In this document: piece by piece, positions 28,843 through 41,600 of the stretch | How positions within the stretch are numbered: the stretch's first letter is position 1 | Layout: each line of letters begins with the position of its first letter | NCBI GenBank assembly: GCA_018812595.1 | Contig: JAHJDF010000002.1 | Location: 1,790-65,789, forward strand | Length of the DNA stretch: 64,000 nucleotides | Direction: 5' to 3' | Source: Gammaproteobacteria bacterium | GTDB lineage: Bacteria > Pseudomonadota > Gammaproteobacteria > UBA12402 | Position numbers and translations under genes: made by a program | The notes under the pieces: generated by a model | What the model was told of the DNA's origin: nothing | What the model saw: the letters and a program-made list of their open reading frames with translations, nothing else | Database searches by the model: none

Positions 28843-29139
28843 GTGGATTTGTTGTGCAAAGGCTATGATTTTTCCACGGTGTTTCCGGAAGGGAGTATTG
28901 ATGAGCATTGGAGGGATCTTATTCGGGCAGTTGTGGTGAACATGTTGGAAAAATTGCAAGACAGATGCTCAACATTGCGTCCAGATTATGATGCGTTGAA
29001 GAACTTTTTTACACAGTTACATGCCTTAGCTTTGGCAATAGAGCAGAAAAAGGATGACAGAGAGATCGAAGGTTTATTGAAGGCATTACAAACATCGCAA
29101 GAATCACAAGAATCAAAAAGACATGGATATGGTCGTTGA
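28843..29139 (+). CDS. Hypothetical protein (98 aa, GTG start; uncertain)
   Basis: ORF only; no motif recognised. Confidence 0.3.
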   Translation: MDLLCKGYDFSTVFPEGSIDEHWRDLIRAVVVNMLEKLQDRCSTLRPDYDALKNFFTQLHALALAIEQKKDDREIEGLLKALQTSQESQESKRHGYGR

Positions 29140-29219
29140 CCTATCTTGTGCCAACAGCGTGGTAGAGCAGCTCCATGTGTCTGTTTCTACAAAACAGTGA
29201 CATCACATCGCCTTGCTGA

Positions 29220-30338
<1,119 letters not shown>

Positions 30339-30341
30339 ATT

Positions 30342-30371
30342 GTGAGACGCGATAAATCGCGTCTCTACGTT
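30342..30371. repeat. Family-A REP palindrome (GTGAGACGCGATAAATCGCGTCTCTACGTT), likely doubling as mreB terminator
   Basis: Perfect palindrome followed by TTTTATTT. Confidence 0.8.
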
Positions 30372-30402
30372 TTATTTGGCGCAACAATGAATTTTACTCC
30401 AG

Positions 30403-31263
30403 ATGTTTAAAGAGACTGCTACAGGTTTACGAACCTTACTATTCCTTTTGATGGCGTTATTGCTGATGATTTTTGATCAGCAAAGCGCTGTTTTCCATCG
30501 CTTCAAATCATATGTAGCGATCGCCGTTGTCCCTATTCAATACGTTGTAAATTTTCCAGTGGCTTTTCTGAATTGGACAGAAGACACCTTGACCTCCCGC
30601 CAACAACTGATCAAAGACAACACGCATCTTAAAGCACAACTCATCTTGTTAGAGGCTCGGCTTCAACAACAAAATGCCATTGAAGCAGACAATCAACAAT
30701 TGAAAGCCTTGCTGCGTTCTACTTCAGGTGTGCAAGGCAAAGTATTGGAAGCTCAGTTATTAGCTGTTGCTTCTGAGCCATCCGTGCGCCAAGTCGTGTT
30801 AAACAAAGGTACTGTCGATCACGTTTATATCGGTCAACCCGTGATCGATCCTTACGGTGTGATTGGGCAAGTGATTGAAGTTGGAAAATTAACCAGTCGA
30901 GCGATGTTATTAACAGATGCTCAAAGTGCTATTCCAGTTCAGGTGTTACGTACCGGTGTTCGATCCATTGCGGTTGGCGAAGGAGTGTTGGACAGCATGA
31001 GGTTGTTGCATGTTCCAGAAACGACCGACATTCGGGTGGGGGATCAATTAATTACGTCAGGACTTGGTCAGCATTTTCCTTACGGATATCCGGTGGGCAA
31101 AGTAGTAACTGTGAATAAGGATCCTGGAAGTACGTTTATGGATATTAAGGTGTTGCCTTCCGGACATTTAAATCACAGCCGTTTAGTGTTGTTGGTGTGG
31201 CCAGTTGTAACGATGAATACATCTGCAACTCAAACAGAGAAAAAATATGTTTCCAAAAAATAA
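30403..31263 (+). CDS. mreC: MreC
   Basis: N-terminal TM, coiled-coil, beta-domain; operon position. Confidence 0.85.
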   Translation: MFKETATGLRTLLFLLMALLLMIFDQQSAVFHRFKSYVAIAVVPIQYVVNFPVAFLNWTEDTLTSRQQLIKDNTHLKAQLILLEARLQQQNAIEADNQQLKALLRSTSGVQGKVLEAQLLAVASEPSVRQVVLNKGTVDHVYIGQPVIDPYGVIGQVIEVGKLTSRAMLLTDAQSAIPVQVLRTGVRSIAVGEGVLDSMRLLHVPETTDIRVGDQLITSGLGQHFPYGYPVGKVVTVNKDPGSTFMDIKVLPSGHLNHSRLVLLVWPVVTMNTSATQTEKKYVSKK

Positions 31264-31735
31264 ACACAAACACAGCCTCATTTTGATCACGGTACTGATT
31301 GCACTCATGTTAGACATCTTGCCGTTGCCGCGAGTAATGATTTGGATTCGTCCACATTGGGTTTTTCTAGTTTTTGTTTATTGGACGTTGGCATTGCCTG
31401 AAGTAGTGGGGCTTGCCTATGCATTTTTTATCGGTGTGTTCTTTGATCTATTAAGCGGTGCTTTGCTTGGTGAACATGCGTTTGCATTCGTCGTGATTTC
31501 TTACATTCTGTTAAAAACTTACAAATTAGTGAGGGTGTATCCACTTTTTCAGCAAACGCTTGTTGTTGCGTTGTTGCTCGTCTTGTACCAAGTCATTCTT
31601 TTAACCATTCAAGGGACAGTGCATCCTTTGATGTATACACCGCTTTATGGATTGACTGTACTCACGTCTACATTATTGTGGCCGCTTATATTTATGGTTT
31701 TAAGAGACTATCGACTGCGTTTTCAAATAAATTGA
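31247..31735 (+). CDS. mreD: MreD
   Basis: Small polytopic membrane protein overlapping mreC end. Confidence 0.8.
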   Translation: MFPKNKHKHSLILITVLIALMLDILPLPRVMIWIRPHWVFLVFVYWTLALPEVVGLAYAFFIGVFFDLLSGALLGEHAFAFVVISYILLKTYKLVRVYPLFQQTLVVALLLVLYQVILLTIQGTVHPLMYTPLYGLTVLTSTLLWPLIFMVLRDYRLRFQIN

Positions 31736-31814
31736 TGAACACAAATCCGTACGAGAGTGAATATCAGACGCCTACGCGGGAATAACAACAAGTACTATAG
31801 AAACACGATCGATT

Positions 31815-34800
31815 GTGTTTCTTGTTATTGCAGGAGCAAAAATGATGCCTCAGTTTCATCGAAGCAAACGCGTGATCAAAAAAGGGATGTTGCTTGCTTG
31901 GTATTTGTTAGCAGCTGGACTTATTTTTTTAGCTTTTGTTGTTTCAATCGCGCGAGGCATAACGCCTCAATTAAACAAACACAAACAACAGTTTGCGGCG
32001 TGGGCAGGACAGCAACTCAATCAGCCAATCAAAATTGGTCAAATGAGAGCTTGGTTTCAAGGCTTCTCTCCGGAAATCGTGTTTAGAGACGTTTCGATCT
32101 TAGATCGCACACAAAAGACAACTCTCACACACATCAAGGAACTGCAAGTCGACATTAATGTCTTGCGATCGATCTTGACCTTCCAATTACAGCCTTCACA
32201 GATTCATGTTGTGGGTACTTCGTTGAGCATTCATCAACAATCAGATGGCACGTACCAAATACAAGGCTTTCAACAGCACATTATTTCGGGCGGTGAAGAC
32301 AATAATCATGATTTCTTAGAATGGATTTTCTCTAGGAAAGCCTTGGTGTTTAGCGATGTCCAAATTGATTTTTATGGAAAAGATAAATCGCATTACCCGC
32401 TGATCTTTGATTCGCTCAAATTAGTCAATAAAGGTAAAACTCATGAATGCACAGGGCTTGTTCGCATTCAAAAATTTTCAGAACCCACAGTGCTCAACTT
32501 CAATTTATCGATTACGGGAGTAGTGGATCAATTAAAAGAAGCGGATATCTCTCTTTATTTATCGTTGAAACAAATTGATCTCAAAGATTGGCTAAAAGGC
32601 CGAACCTTCAAGCAATATCAATTGCAGGACGGTACCTTTACTGGAGATGTGTGGTTGCATATCGATAAGGGGCAACTAGAACGTGCTCAGACTTTGTTTG
32701 ATGCCTATAACGTTGTGTTGCAGCAAAAAGGAATCAAGCAACCTTTTGTTGTGAAATACCTGAAAGGAAATGCGGCACTTTTGTTTGATGCCGATCGTCA
32801 GTGGAAATTTACTCTGCAATTTAATCCATTATCGATTCCTCGTTGGAATGGTTTTCCAGGCGTTGAAAATGCTTCAGGTATCGTTGAGCTCAACGAACAG
32901 AATGGACAATTCTCGATTCAATCCAATCAGGTGCAATTGGATTTTGGAAAACTCTTTCCTCAATCCTTGTCTTTAGAAAAATTGCTTTTGCAAGGACGCT
33001 GGTTGAAGCGATTCGACCAATCGTGGGAGATCAGCGTGCCGCATTTTGAAGTGGTGAACGATCAGATTGCTTTAAATGGACAGGCAGGTTTGTTGCTTCC
33101 TTCTGACTTTAAAAATCCTGTGCTGAGCGTTTCAGCCGGTTTTGATTTAGAAGATCTTTCCACTGTTAAAAATTATTTACCGGTCGGTATTTTTACAAAG
33201 AATTTGACGCAATGGTTAAACGCGGCGTTTGTCGAAGGACAAGATGCGCAAGGAACTGTCGTTATTCGCGGGCCTATTGATGATTTTCCGTTTGGAGACC
33301 GTATGGGGACGTTTATCGTTGATAGCCAAGTGCATGATTTGCAATTTCATTTTGCTCCCGGGTGGCCCAACTTGGAGCATGTCGATTCACACCTTGTTTT
33401 TCATAATCGAAGTATGGTTTGTGATGCAATAGCAGGACAAGCATATGGCATTACTTTGCATGATGCGCATGCAGAGATTCCAGTGATTGGTAAAGCAAAT
33501 ATGTTCGAGCAATTATCTTTGCAGGCGCACTTAACAGGAGATGCGCAATATTATTTGGATTTTATCCATCATTCTCCCCTCGAAGACTCTATCGGAGACG
33601 ACTTGCAACCCTTTTCTATGAAGGGAAATGCTGGTTTAAGTTTGGGATTAGATGTCCCCTTATCGACTCCAGAAAAAACAAAAGTAAATGGCACGATAGA
33701 TCTAGAAAAAAACACGTTGAAAGCTGGGGCTCTCAATTTATTGGTGAACGACATCAATGGCCAAATTTCCTTTACCGAAAATACATTAAAGTCCAATCCA
33801 ATGACTGCAACCATTTTCGATGAACCGGCTACCTTGCAGTTAAGTTCCATTACAGGTGCGAATCCTGTGACGCGTTTAACGTGTGATAGTCGTATTGAAC
33901 TGGAGGTATTAAAGAAATATTTGCAGGTGAAAGATTTGCCTTATTTAAAAGGACAAACGAGTTATCACGCGGTTTTGGATATGAATACACATAAAAAAAA
34001 TGATTCGCAAAATGTATTGACCGTGCAATCAGACCTTCAAGGGGTAGAGGTCGATTTGCCTCAACCGTTGGGTAAAGACGCAAACAGCACGATGCCGATT
34101 AATCTGAAAGTCTGGTTAGGAGGGCAACTGCCACCGCAGGTGTTGTTGCGTTATGGGGCGGACTTTAGTGCTGCATTGAATTACAAACACGTAGAGAAAC
34201 AGTTGAAATTATTTAGCGTGAATTTGCATTTGGGCAAAACGGATGCTGAATTTCAAAAGCAGCCGGGCTTGTATATAGACGGCACGTTAAAGACGTTCGA
34301 TTGGGCTTATTGGAAAAATTTCTATAACGAAATCAAACAGAAGTTAGCGGCGCAAAAAAATGGGGCGGCGACGAGTCTTCAGAATCAGCTTCGAACCATT
34401 CAAGTAAATATTGAGCAACTGAATTTATTCGGACTTGCATTTCCAGATACGGTAGTGAGCTATCAGCCTCAAGAGGATGCCTCGCGTTTAAGCTTCAAGG
34501 GAAGCCGTGTGGATGGATATGTGCTGATTGCAAAGAATTATAAAACGCAAGGCCTCACAGGAATCTTCAAGAAACTGTATTTATTCGACGCCAAGGCCAA
34601 AGAGACGCCTGTGAAAACAGATATTGTGCCTAGTCAATTACCTCCTTTGACTTTGCAGATTGATGATTTTAAGCAAGGGAAGAAAACGTATGGTCAAGTT
34701 GCCTTGATCGCAAAACCAGGTTTGCATGTTTATCAGTTGGCTAAAATCACTCTTCGTTCACCGTTGTTGAAAGCAGAAATGCAAGGGGAGTGGGCGGATG

Positions 34801-35444
34801 CTGTGAAAGGACAGTACCAAAGTCGTTTGTCTGGAGAGTTTTACAGCCCGAATATGACACAACTTTTCAAACAATGGGGAATGCCTTCCAGTGTGATTGC
34901 GTCTTCAGGGAATGCAAATTTTCAATTGTATTGGGCAGGGCCACTCTATGCGCCTTCGTTGAAAGTATTAAATGGCAATGTCTATCTGAAGTTACGCAAA
35001 GGGTACATCGTGGATCTTGGTACCAGTACTTCGGTAAAGATCAATCTTGGTCGGTTGCTCACGTTGTTAGATATTAATCGATTGTTGATGATGAATTTTT
35101 CAAGCTTAACTTCTCCTGGATATAGCTTTGACAACATGAGTACGCATTTGCAATTCAAAGACGGGAATGTTTCAACGAACGATTTATTGTTTGATGGTTC
35201 TATCGCAAAAATTTTGATTAAAGGGACTATGAATTTAGTTCATAAAAATTTAAATCTTCAGTTGTTCGTAACGCCGTATTTGACTTCGAGTTTGCCAGTT
35301 GTTGCAACGATCGCCGGTGGCCCGATTGCCGGTGCGATTACATGGTTAGCGGACAAAGTGGTGGGGCAAACAGTAGAAAAAATTACAACGTATCAATATC
35401 GAGTGACTGGCACGGTCGAAAAACCGGTTATTCAAAAGCAGTAA
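31815..35444 (+). CDS. yhdP: YhdP-like large AsmA-family protein (DUF3971/AsmA_2; start probably at Met ~31842)
   Basis: 1209 aa, N-terminal TM anchor, beta-rich repetitive body; conserved position downstream of mreBCD. Confidence 0.7.
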   Translation: MFLVIAGAKMMPQFHRSKRVIKKGMLLAWYLLAAGLIFLAFVVSIARGITPQLNKHKQQFAAWAGQQLNQPIKIGQMRAWFQGFSPEIVFRDVSILDRTQKTTLTHIKELQVDINVLRSILTFQLQPSQIHVVGTSLSIHQQSDGTYQIQGFQQHIISGGEDNNHDFLEWIFSRKALVFSDVQIDFYGKDKSHYPLIFDSLKLVNKGKTHECTGLVRIQKFSEPTVLNFNLSITGVVDQLKEADISLYLSLKQIDLKDWLKGRTFKQYQLQDGTFTGDVWLHIDKGQLERAQTLFDAYNVVLQQKGIKQPFVVKYLKGNAALLFDADRQWKFTLQFNPLSIPRWNGFPGVENASGIVELNEQNGQFSIQSNQVQLDFGKLFPQSLSLEKLLLQGRWLKRFDQSWEISVPHFEVVNDQIALNGQAGLLLPSDFKNPVLSVSAGFDLEDLSTVKNYLPVGIFTKNLTQWLNAAFVEGQDAQGTVVIRGPIDDFPFGDRMGTFIVDSQVHDLQFHFAPGWPNLEHVDSHLVFHNRSMVCDAIAGQAYGITLHDAHAEIPVIGKANMFEQLSLQAHLTGDAQYYLDFIHHSPLEDSIGDDLQPFSMKGNAGLSLGLDVPLSTPEKTKVNGTIDLEKNTLKAGALNLLVNDINGQISFTENTLKSNPMTATIFDEPATLQLSSITGANPVTRLTCDSRIELEVLKKYLQVKDLPYLKGQTSYHAVLDMNTHKKNDSQNVLTVQSDLQGVEVDLPQPLGKDANSTMPINLKVWLGGQLPPQVLLRYGADFSAALNYKHVEKQLKLFSVNLHLGKTDAEFQKQPGLYIDGTLKTFDWAYWKNFYNEIKQKLAAQKNGAATSLQNQLRTIQVNIEQLNLFGLAFPDTVVSYQPQEDASRLSFKGSRVDGYVLIAKNYKTQGLTGIFKKLYLFDAKAKETPVKTDIVPSQLPPLTLQIDDFKQGKKTYGQVALIAKPGLHVYQLAKITLRSPLLKAEMQGEWADAVKGQYQSRLSGEFYSPNMTQLFKQWGMPSSVIASSGNANFQLYWAGPLYAPSLKVLNGNVYLKLRKGYIVDLGTSTSVKINLGRLLTLLDINRLLMMNFSSLTSPGYSFDNMSTHLQFKDGNVSTNDLLFDGSIAKILIKGTMNLVHKNLNLQLFVTPYLTSSLPVVATIAGGPIAGAITWLADKVVGQTVEKITTYQYRVTGTVEKPVIQKQ

Positions 35445-35616
35445 CTTTTCTATAATCCGATCCCCGTCGTCTTCTTTGTTACAGCGGGGATCCTAAAAAA
35501 TCAGCAAAGGACACTTTACAGAAAGACAGAATCGTGTCTTTCAGAGTGTTCTCTGTTGTCTTATCTTCAATCTTTTCTATAACTAAAGAATCGAATAAAG
35601 AATAAAAAGGCCCTTT

Positions 35617-38600
35617 ATGCATTCCTTTCCTTTTGAACCCACCGAGGTTTTGACAAGTCGTTTGGAGGATGTTGCACAAATAATTGATAGCAATGCTCAG
35701 TTATTAGTTGAGGGCCAGCAGCAAGTAACAACGAACCCTGTTGTTCGATCAACCCTGAGATGGATCTTTGACGTTTTAAGAGCAGATCCATTTGAAATTG
35801 CTTCTGTCTCAGAGTGTTTTAATGCCGTGTTAAAGCAACCGAAGGGCATTGATGTTTTGGATTACGCGTTGGGTGTTTTTCAAAACTCATTGGAGTCATC
35901 GGAGATTCAAAAATTACTGAATTATTTTTCCCCTATTTTGAAACGTTACAAGATTCACATTGAGCCAGAGAATCTCATTGCTGTATCGAAAGATTGCAAA
36001 GTGCCTGAAGGGAAGTTGGATCTTTCCGCGCGAGTCGATGAGGTTGAATCATCTCATCAAGACGATATGGTTCAGCGTCAAGGAGCACCTACAGTAAGTG
36101 ATTTCCTCTCAGGACATCCAGATCACCCATTAGCTCTTCAGATCAAAGCCTGTGCCTCTCAAGTAGATGGATACGACTTAAGTAGCTTGGCGTTTACAGC
36201 GATTGAGTCTTTGTATGAACGCTTTGGGCAAAAGGATCACGTGAGAATTGATAATCTTCAATGGCATATTAAAGAAGATCCTAACTTTGATGTGACGCTT
36301 ATTTTTAGCACCGGAATTTTTTCTGAAAAAGGGGAGTGTCTTGCAGACCATTCTTTAGTGTATTCGCTCACTCAAAAAGAAGATGGGGTCTATGGCAATT
36401 TCGAACAGTTCATCTTGAGACCGTATAACAACGCATTTCATCGGATTTGTGTTGCAAGTGCGTTATTTAGCGATCATCTCTTTCCTTTAGAAGCGCCTGA
36501 AAGTTTGTTTATGAATAACTTAGAGGACCGTGTGGTTCTGGATAGGTATTGGGAATTATTTTCCTCGTCGATGAAAAAAAGCATTCAAGAACAAATAGGT
36601 TTTTTTGAAACATTAATAACAGATGCAGAGATTTCGTTACATGCCCTTGCTTTATTAGCTGTTTTACAAGTATTGCAACAGCAAGGAGTAAAGATCGGTG
36701 GAAAGATAGATAGCGAGAGAGGTTGGCTAGAAGATCTTTTGGAATACCGCGAAGGGACTCATTTTTTAGATTATGTTTTAGGCAAATTTTATAAAAAAGC
36801 TTTTGCCAATCCGGAGAAGCAACAATCGAAAAAGATGATGCACGTATTGATCCATCATTTTTTACCGATGATGTTAGAGAGAAAGATCGTGTATCCGCAT
36901 CTATGGTATGTAGGACATACCGAGCAAGGGAATCGAATTGTTGTTGAACCGCTTACAAACTCTTTTAAGGAGTTGAATGAAAAATATCGTGATCCAGAAC
37001 AACGAGCAGAGATTGTAGCGTTCGTTGAAACACGTTATGCGACGGATCGGGACCGAGGGATTTCTCTATTGGACGCAGTCTTGCAATCATCTCCTGGTCA
37101 TGAGTTGGCTCTTTTCTTGAAAGCTTTGTTGTCACAAGGAACTAGTTTTGGAGATTATGGCGTTGTTAATGGTTCTGCTGGTCCATTGATTCAATGGTTT
37201 TTAGAAGCAGGGAAAAGTGTGAGTAAGAATAATTTTGATCTTTCGCTTGATGAGATTACTGGCGGTTATCGGGTTTCTATCCGACACGGTTATTGCAATT
37301 TGAGCGATAAGCTCGATCCGGAAAAACAAAAAATAAGTGAATTATCGTTTTTTAATAGCTCATTAACTTTTGAGTTAACCTGGAATGAAAAGCAGGAGAA
37401 AGCGGAGTTACGGTTTATTGGTTTGGGTTATACACCTTATGACAACGAAGCTGCTCCTGTGTTCGCGAGACAACAATGCTTTGGTGGAATATCAAAGCAA
37501 CCGCAGATGGTTTGTGCAAATACCCCAATGCCAAAAGATCCTGAGCAATATCGTCCTTATTTGCTGCGTTTTCTTTTTTCTGAAAATCCAGAAGCTGTTA
37601 GTCATCGATGGTCCGATTATTTTCAACGCTATATGCATTTGTCATTATCCGTCAGACCTGTTTTCTTGGATGTTATTGATCAGAGCAATTTGTCATCGGA
37701 AGAAAAAGAGACGATTTTTAAAAAAATATTCGAAAGACAAATTAAAGAGTTCTTCAAACACGATGCGAAGTTTGAACTTTTTCAAACCTTTTGTTTTGGA
37801 TTAACCCCTCATTTACAAGTTCTCTTTTATCGCTACTTGAAATGTTATTTTGCTGAGACGCATAACAATGCAACAGATGAAAACAGGCGTAAAACATGGT
37901 TGAAGAATTTAGAGAAACAACAATTGAATGGAGATGCGTTGCCGGTCTTGGAGCAAGATTTTATGTTTTGGGAAGGTCTGAAAAGTTTTATTTCTGAAGC
38001 CCCCATATCTGATGACGAATCGCTTCACATTTCTTTCCAATCGGGAAAAACATTTGCTCTATCAGAAAATGCTCATTCTTGGTTGTTGGATGAGAATGGA
38101 AACTTTCGTGAACCGCCAACAGATCGTGCGGGTACCCATTGCGTTTTCACCGTTTGTTCAGATATTCCTTATGACCCTAATCTCAATCTTGATGAATACA
38201 AAGGACCTGTATACGAAGTGGTTTTTTGGCCGGACATGCCGTCCTTTGCCATGCAGCGACTTGCGCAGCGCGTGTTTGGCGAGAAAATATTGCCGCGAGC
38301 TGCCGTGGCGCGTCTCGATTATCGTGGGAAGATAATTGCTATAGAGATTCGCGAACATGTGAAAGGACGATTGTTATCGAATGTCTTAAAAGAAAGCCCT
38401 GATGACCTTAATAGAATCAATTCTGTATCTTTTACACGTAATTTTTTATTTTTTCTCTTGTTGTTGATTTCAGATTTGCACGGGCGAAATGCTGTGTTGC
38501 AAGCATCCGATAATGATTCCTTTGATTTTAGAGTTTTTGATGCTCGTGCATTCAAAGAACAAGAGGATATGAAGAAGCCTGAACTTATTAATATGTTTTT

Positions 38601-41600
38601 CTTATTAGATTTAATGCGTATTCCTATTTTAGATCCAGATGTCTTCCATCAATTCTTAACATTAGATTTTGATATGGTCTTGAAAGCGTGGATTGAAGAG
38701 TGCCGGGTTGAAAATAGCAGGTTGTCGATGCTGTTTAATGGCTATATAGGACAACTCTATGAGTCAGGGAAAGAGAAATTTAACACAACTCGTCCTGTTA
38801 ACCCTTTAGAAACACATAAGTTAAATTCCAGCCTCTTGTGTATTCCTATTGGAGGGTATGTTCAAAGCTTGTTTTTTCGAATGAAGAAATTGAGAGAAGA
38901 ATTAGAAGTGTGGACGAATGAATCACCGTTTGTGATCTTGCGCCATGTATTGTCTCTTTTATCTAAGTTTTATAAACCGTGTTTTAAAAAAGGAGCTGTT
39001 CAAGAACGTTTCGATCACTTGCTGCAGATGGCACAGAATGGATTGTCCTCGTCTACTTATTCGAGCCGTTCATTAATAGCCTCAGAGCCGACTGCAACAA
39101 CTACCCAATACAATTTTTTGTTATATGGGGAAGGTTTGCGTGGTATCACAAAAGCTTTGGGATATAGACGATCTCCGTTTCAATTGTCTAAAGAAGAAGT
39201 AGAGGAGATCGCAAATGAGCGTGATGATTTCTTTTCTCCCACACAGGCCAAAGGCTTATTAGAGCAATTAATCGCTTTTTACGAGCAAGAAGATCACTCG
39301 ACTATAGTTCAGCTTCACGGCGATTTATTGCGCAAAAAACCGTTCACACTTAGATTCGAACAACTTTTTCCTGAGGAGAAATATTTATGTTTAGAAAGGC
39401 TTTATAAACATATTGATGAAATAAAGATATTGCTTACACGAGAGCAGCAACGAGCAATTTTAGATATTTTATTGGTTACCCCTTTCTCTTCACTGTCGCT
39501 ACATCGTTATGCCCAGGTGCTCAAAGATCGCGATATTTTGAAATTAATGAATGGGCCTATTTATCATCTCCGTACCTTGAATCTTAATGAGACGTTGCTC
39601 ACGGATTCAGCTATGGAGCATCTGAGCCGTGCAACCGATTTGCCTTTAGAGCATTTGATTTTGAGTAATATGCCAAACCTACGTTTGATGACTCCCAACT
39701 TGAAATTGAATTTTCCGAATTTGCGAATCCTCGATTTAAGAGGAAGCGGGAATATTCGTAGACTTCCTTTTGTTTTACCGAATTTAAAGGAGTTGTACTT
39801 AGATAATAATTGGGGAATTGAATCTTTCTTACGAAATCTTATCGATCGACAATCTGAACAGAAAATTGTGATTCATTTAAGCGGTGAAGCAAAATTCGCA
39901 ATTGATCTCATTCATGCTTTTTTTAGGGTTTCGAATGTTCATTTTGAAATCGATGATCCAAATCTGCAGAGCTCTGTTTTGTATGATTCGATGAAAACTG
40001 GAGTTCCTTTTTTTAGTCTTGGAGATTATTTAAAAAGAGTTATCGATCAATTGCATTTTCTACCGCGGTTCGAGCAGTTTGTTATTTCTCGTCGTTTAGA
40101 ACCAAACATTTATATGGAGCTGTCTTTAATCATTCAACCCATTATAAAAGAGATGAAACGCATCAAAATTATAGAAGGGTGGTGTGACAGTGAATTGATC
40201 TTATTTTTATTGCGTTGTTTTCCCTCTGTGAATCAAATCGATCTTGAAATGGACGAGGAAAAATTTTCAATCCGATTAGACGAATGGCGTCAAAGTATTC
40301 GTTTTGTTGCAATGACTGATCATTACGTGGCTATTCGTTTTAATTCACCTGAAACGGAAGAGGTATTGTACAAGCTAGGGTTTTTAGATCGTGATAGTCA
40401 TCAAGTGGAGGATTTTCCAAATTGTTTCTTTTTTCACAAAGAAACAATCCAGGCATTGGTTGGGGACTCTATCAACAAAAAGAAAGTGGAACGTGAAGAC
40501 TTCAGTTCTTTTTTATCGATAAAAGACGAGAGAATTACTGCTCTTTCTATTGATATGTGTCCAGATGCTTGGGGTATGTTTGTGGAGATAGCGTGTGATT
40601 ATGCTCGTAAACATCCAGAATGCCTTTGGTGCATTCATTTGAATGACGCAATGTTGAGTGATCTTTTCTTTTTGGGACAAATCAATTTTCCACAAGAAGG
40701 TAGTTCGTTAGTCGTTTCCTCTCCGTTGGCTCAAAAGATTGTGGATCTGTATTGGGAACGTTGGAGCGGGCCTGATGATAGAAGTTCATTGTTAAACATT
40801 TTGCTGTCGCTTCGCGTGTCGGAAGAGTACGAAAAACAATTTTGTGATCAAGTTTTTGAGATCCTGTCTGCTGATAGTCTACGGTCTCCACAAGAGAAAT
40901 ATTGTTTTTTAAAAAAGCTTGTGACCGTATATTCGGTTCCTGTTCTAACGGAATTGGTTGGTCTTTATGAGGGGCTTCAGTCACACCAAACTATGTCGTC
41001 TGAAGCACAGAAGATTGCGGCGATTTATCAAGAGCATAGTGCTCATATAGATAGGCTTTGGCCTAAATTGTGGCTTGAGATTCAACGGTTGGCTGTACAA
41101 CATGCAGACGTACAGGATTACGCATCTGCGTGTCTTTTGTTCGATGTTGTTTTTGCTCGTCATGAGGAACGGATTGATCAATGTTCTTGTAAGGATTGGG
41201 AGCATTATTACCAATCTTTAAAAGAAGAAGACCCCAACAGTGATTTATCTGACTTGATTCATCGTCGTGTTCAATTGTTGGTGCAGCAAAAAAGAAAAAT
41301 GGTTTTGGGTGAACGTGCTTTATTCAAACGATTACTGAAAGAGAATCCTCAAAATCAGAATCTTAGAAATGTTTTATTGTTGTATGGCGATGAACATTTC
41401 TATTTTGTGAATGAATTAAAAAAGGCTGTTCAATGGGTTGTGGACTGCGTTGGTGGTCCAGAGTGGTTGAATCATTTGTGTTATGCGCCGTGTAACCAAG
41501 ATGGGCGTATGAATAAGCGACAGACAATTATTGCGGCAATTTATCTACAGGAACAATTCGAACGAAGAGTTGATGAGAGTTTAATAGGCATCTCTGTTCT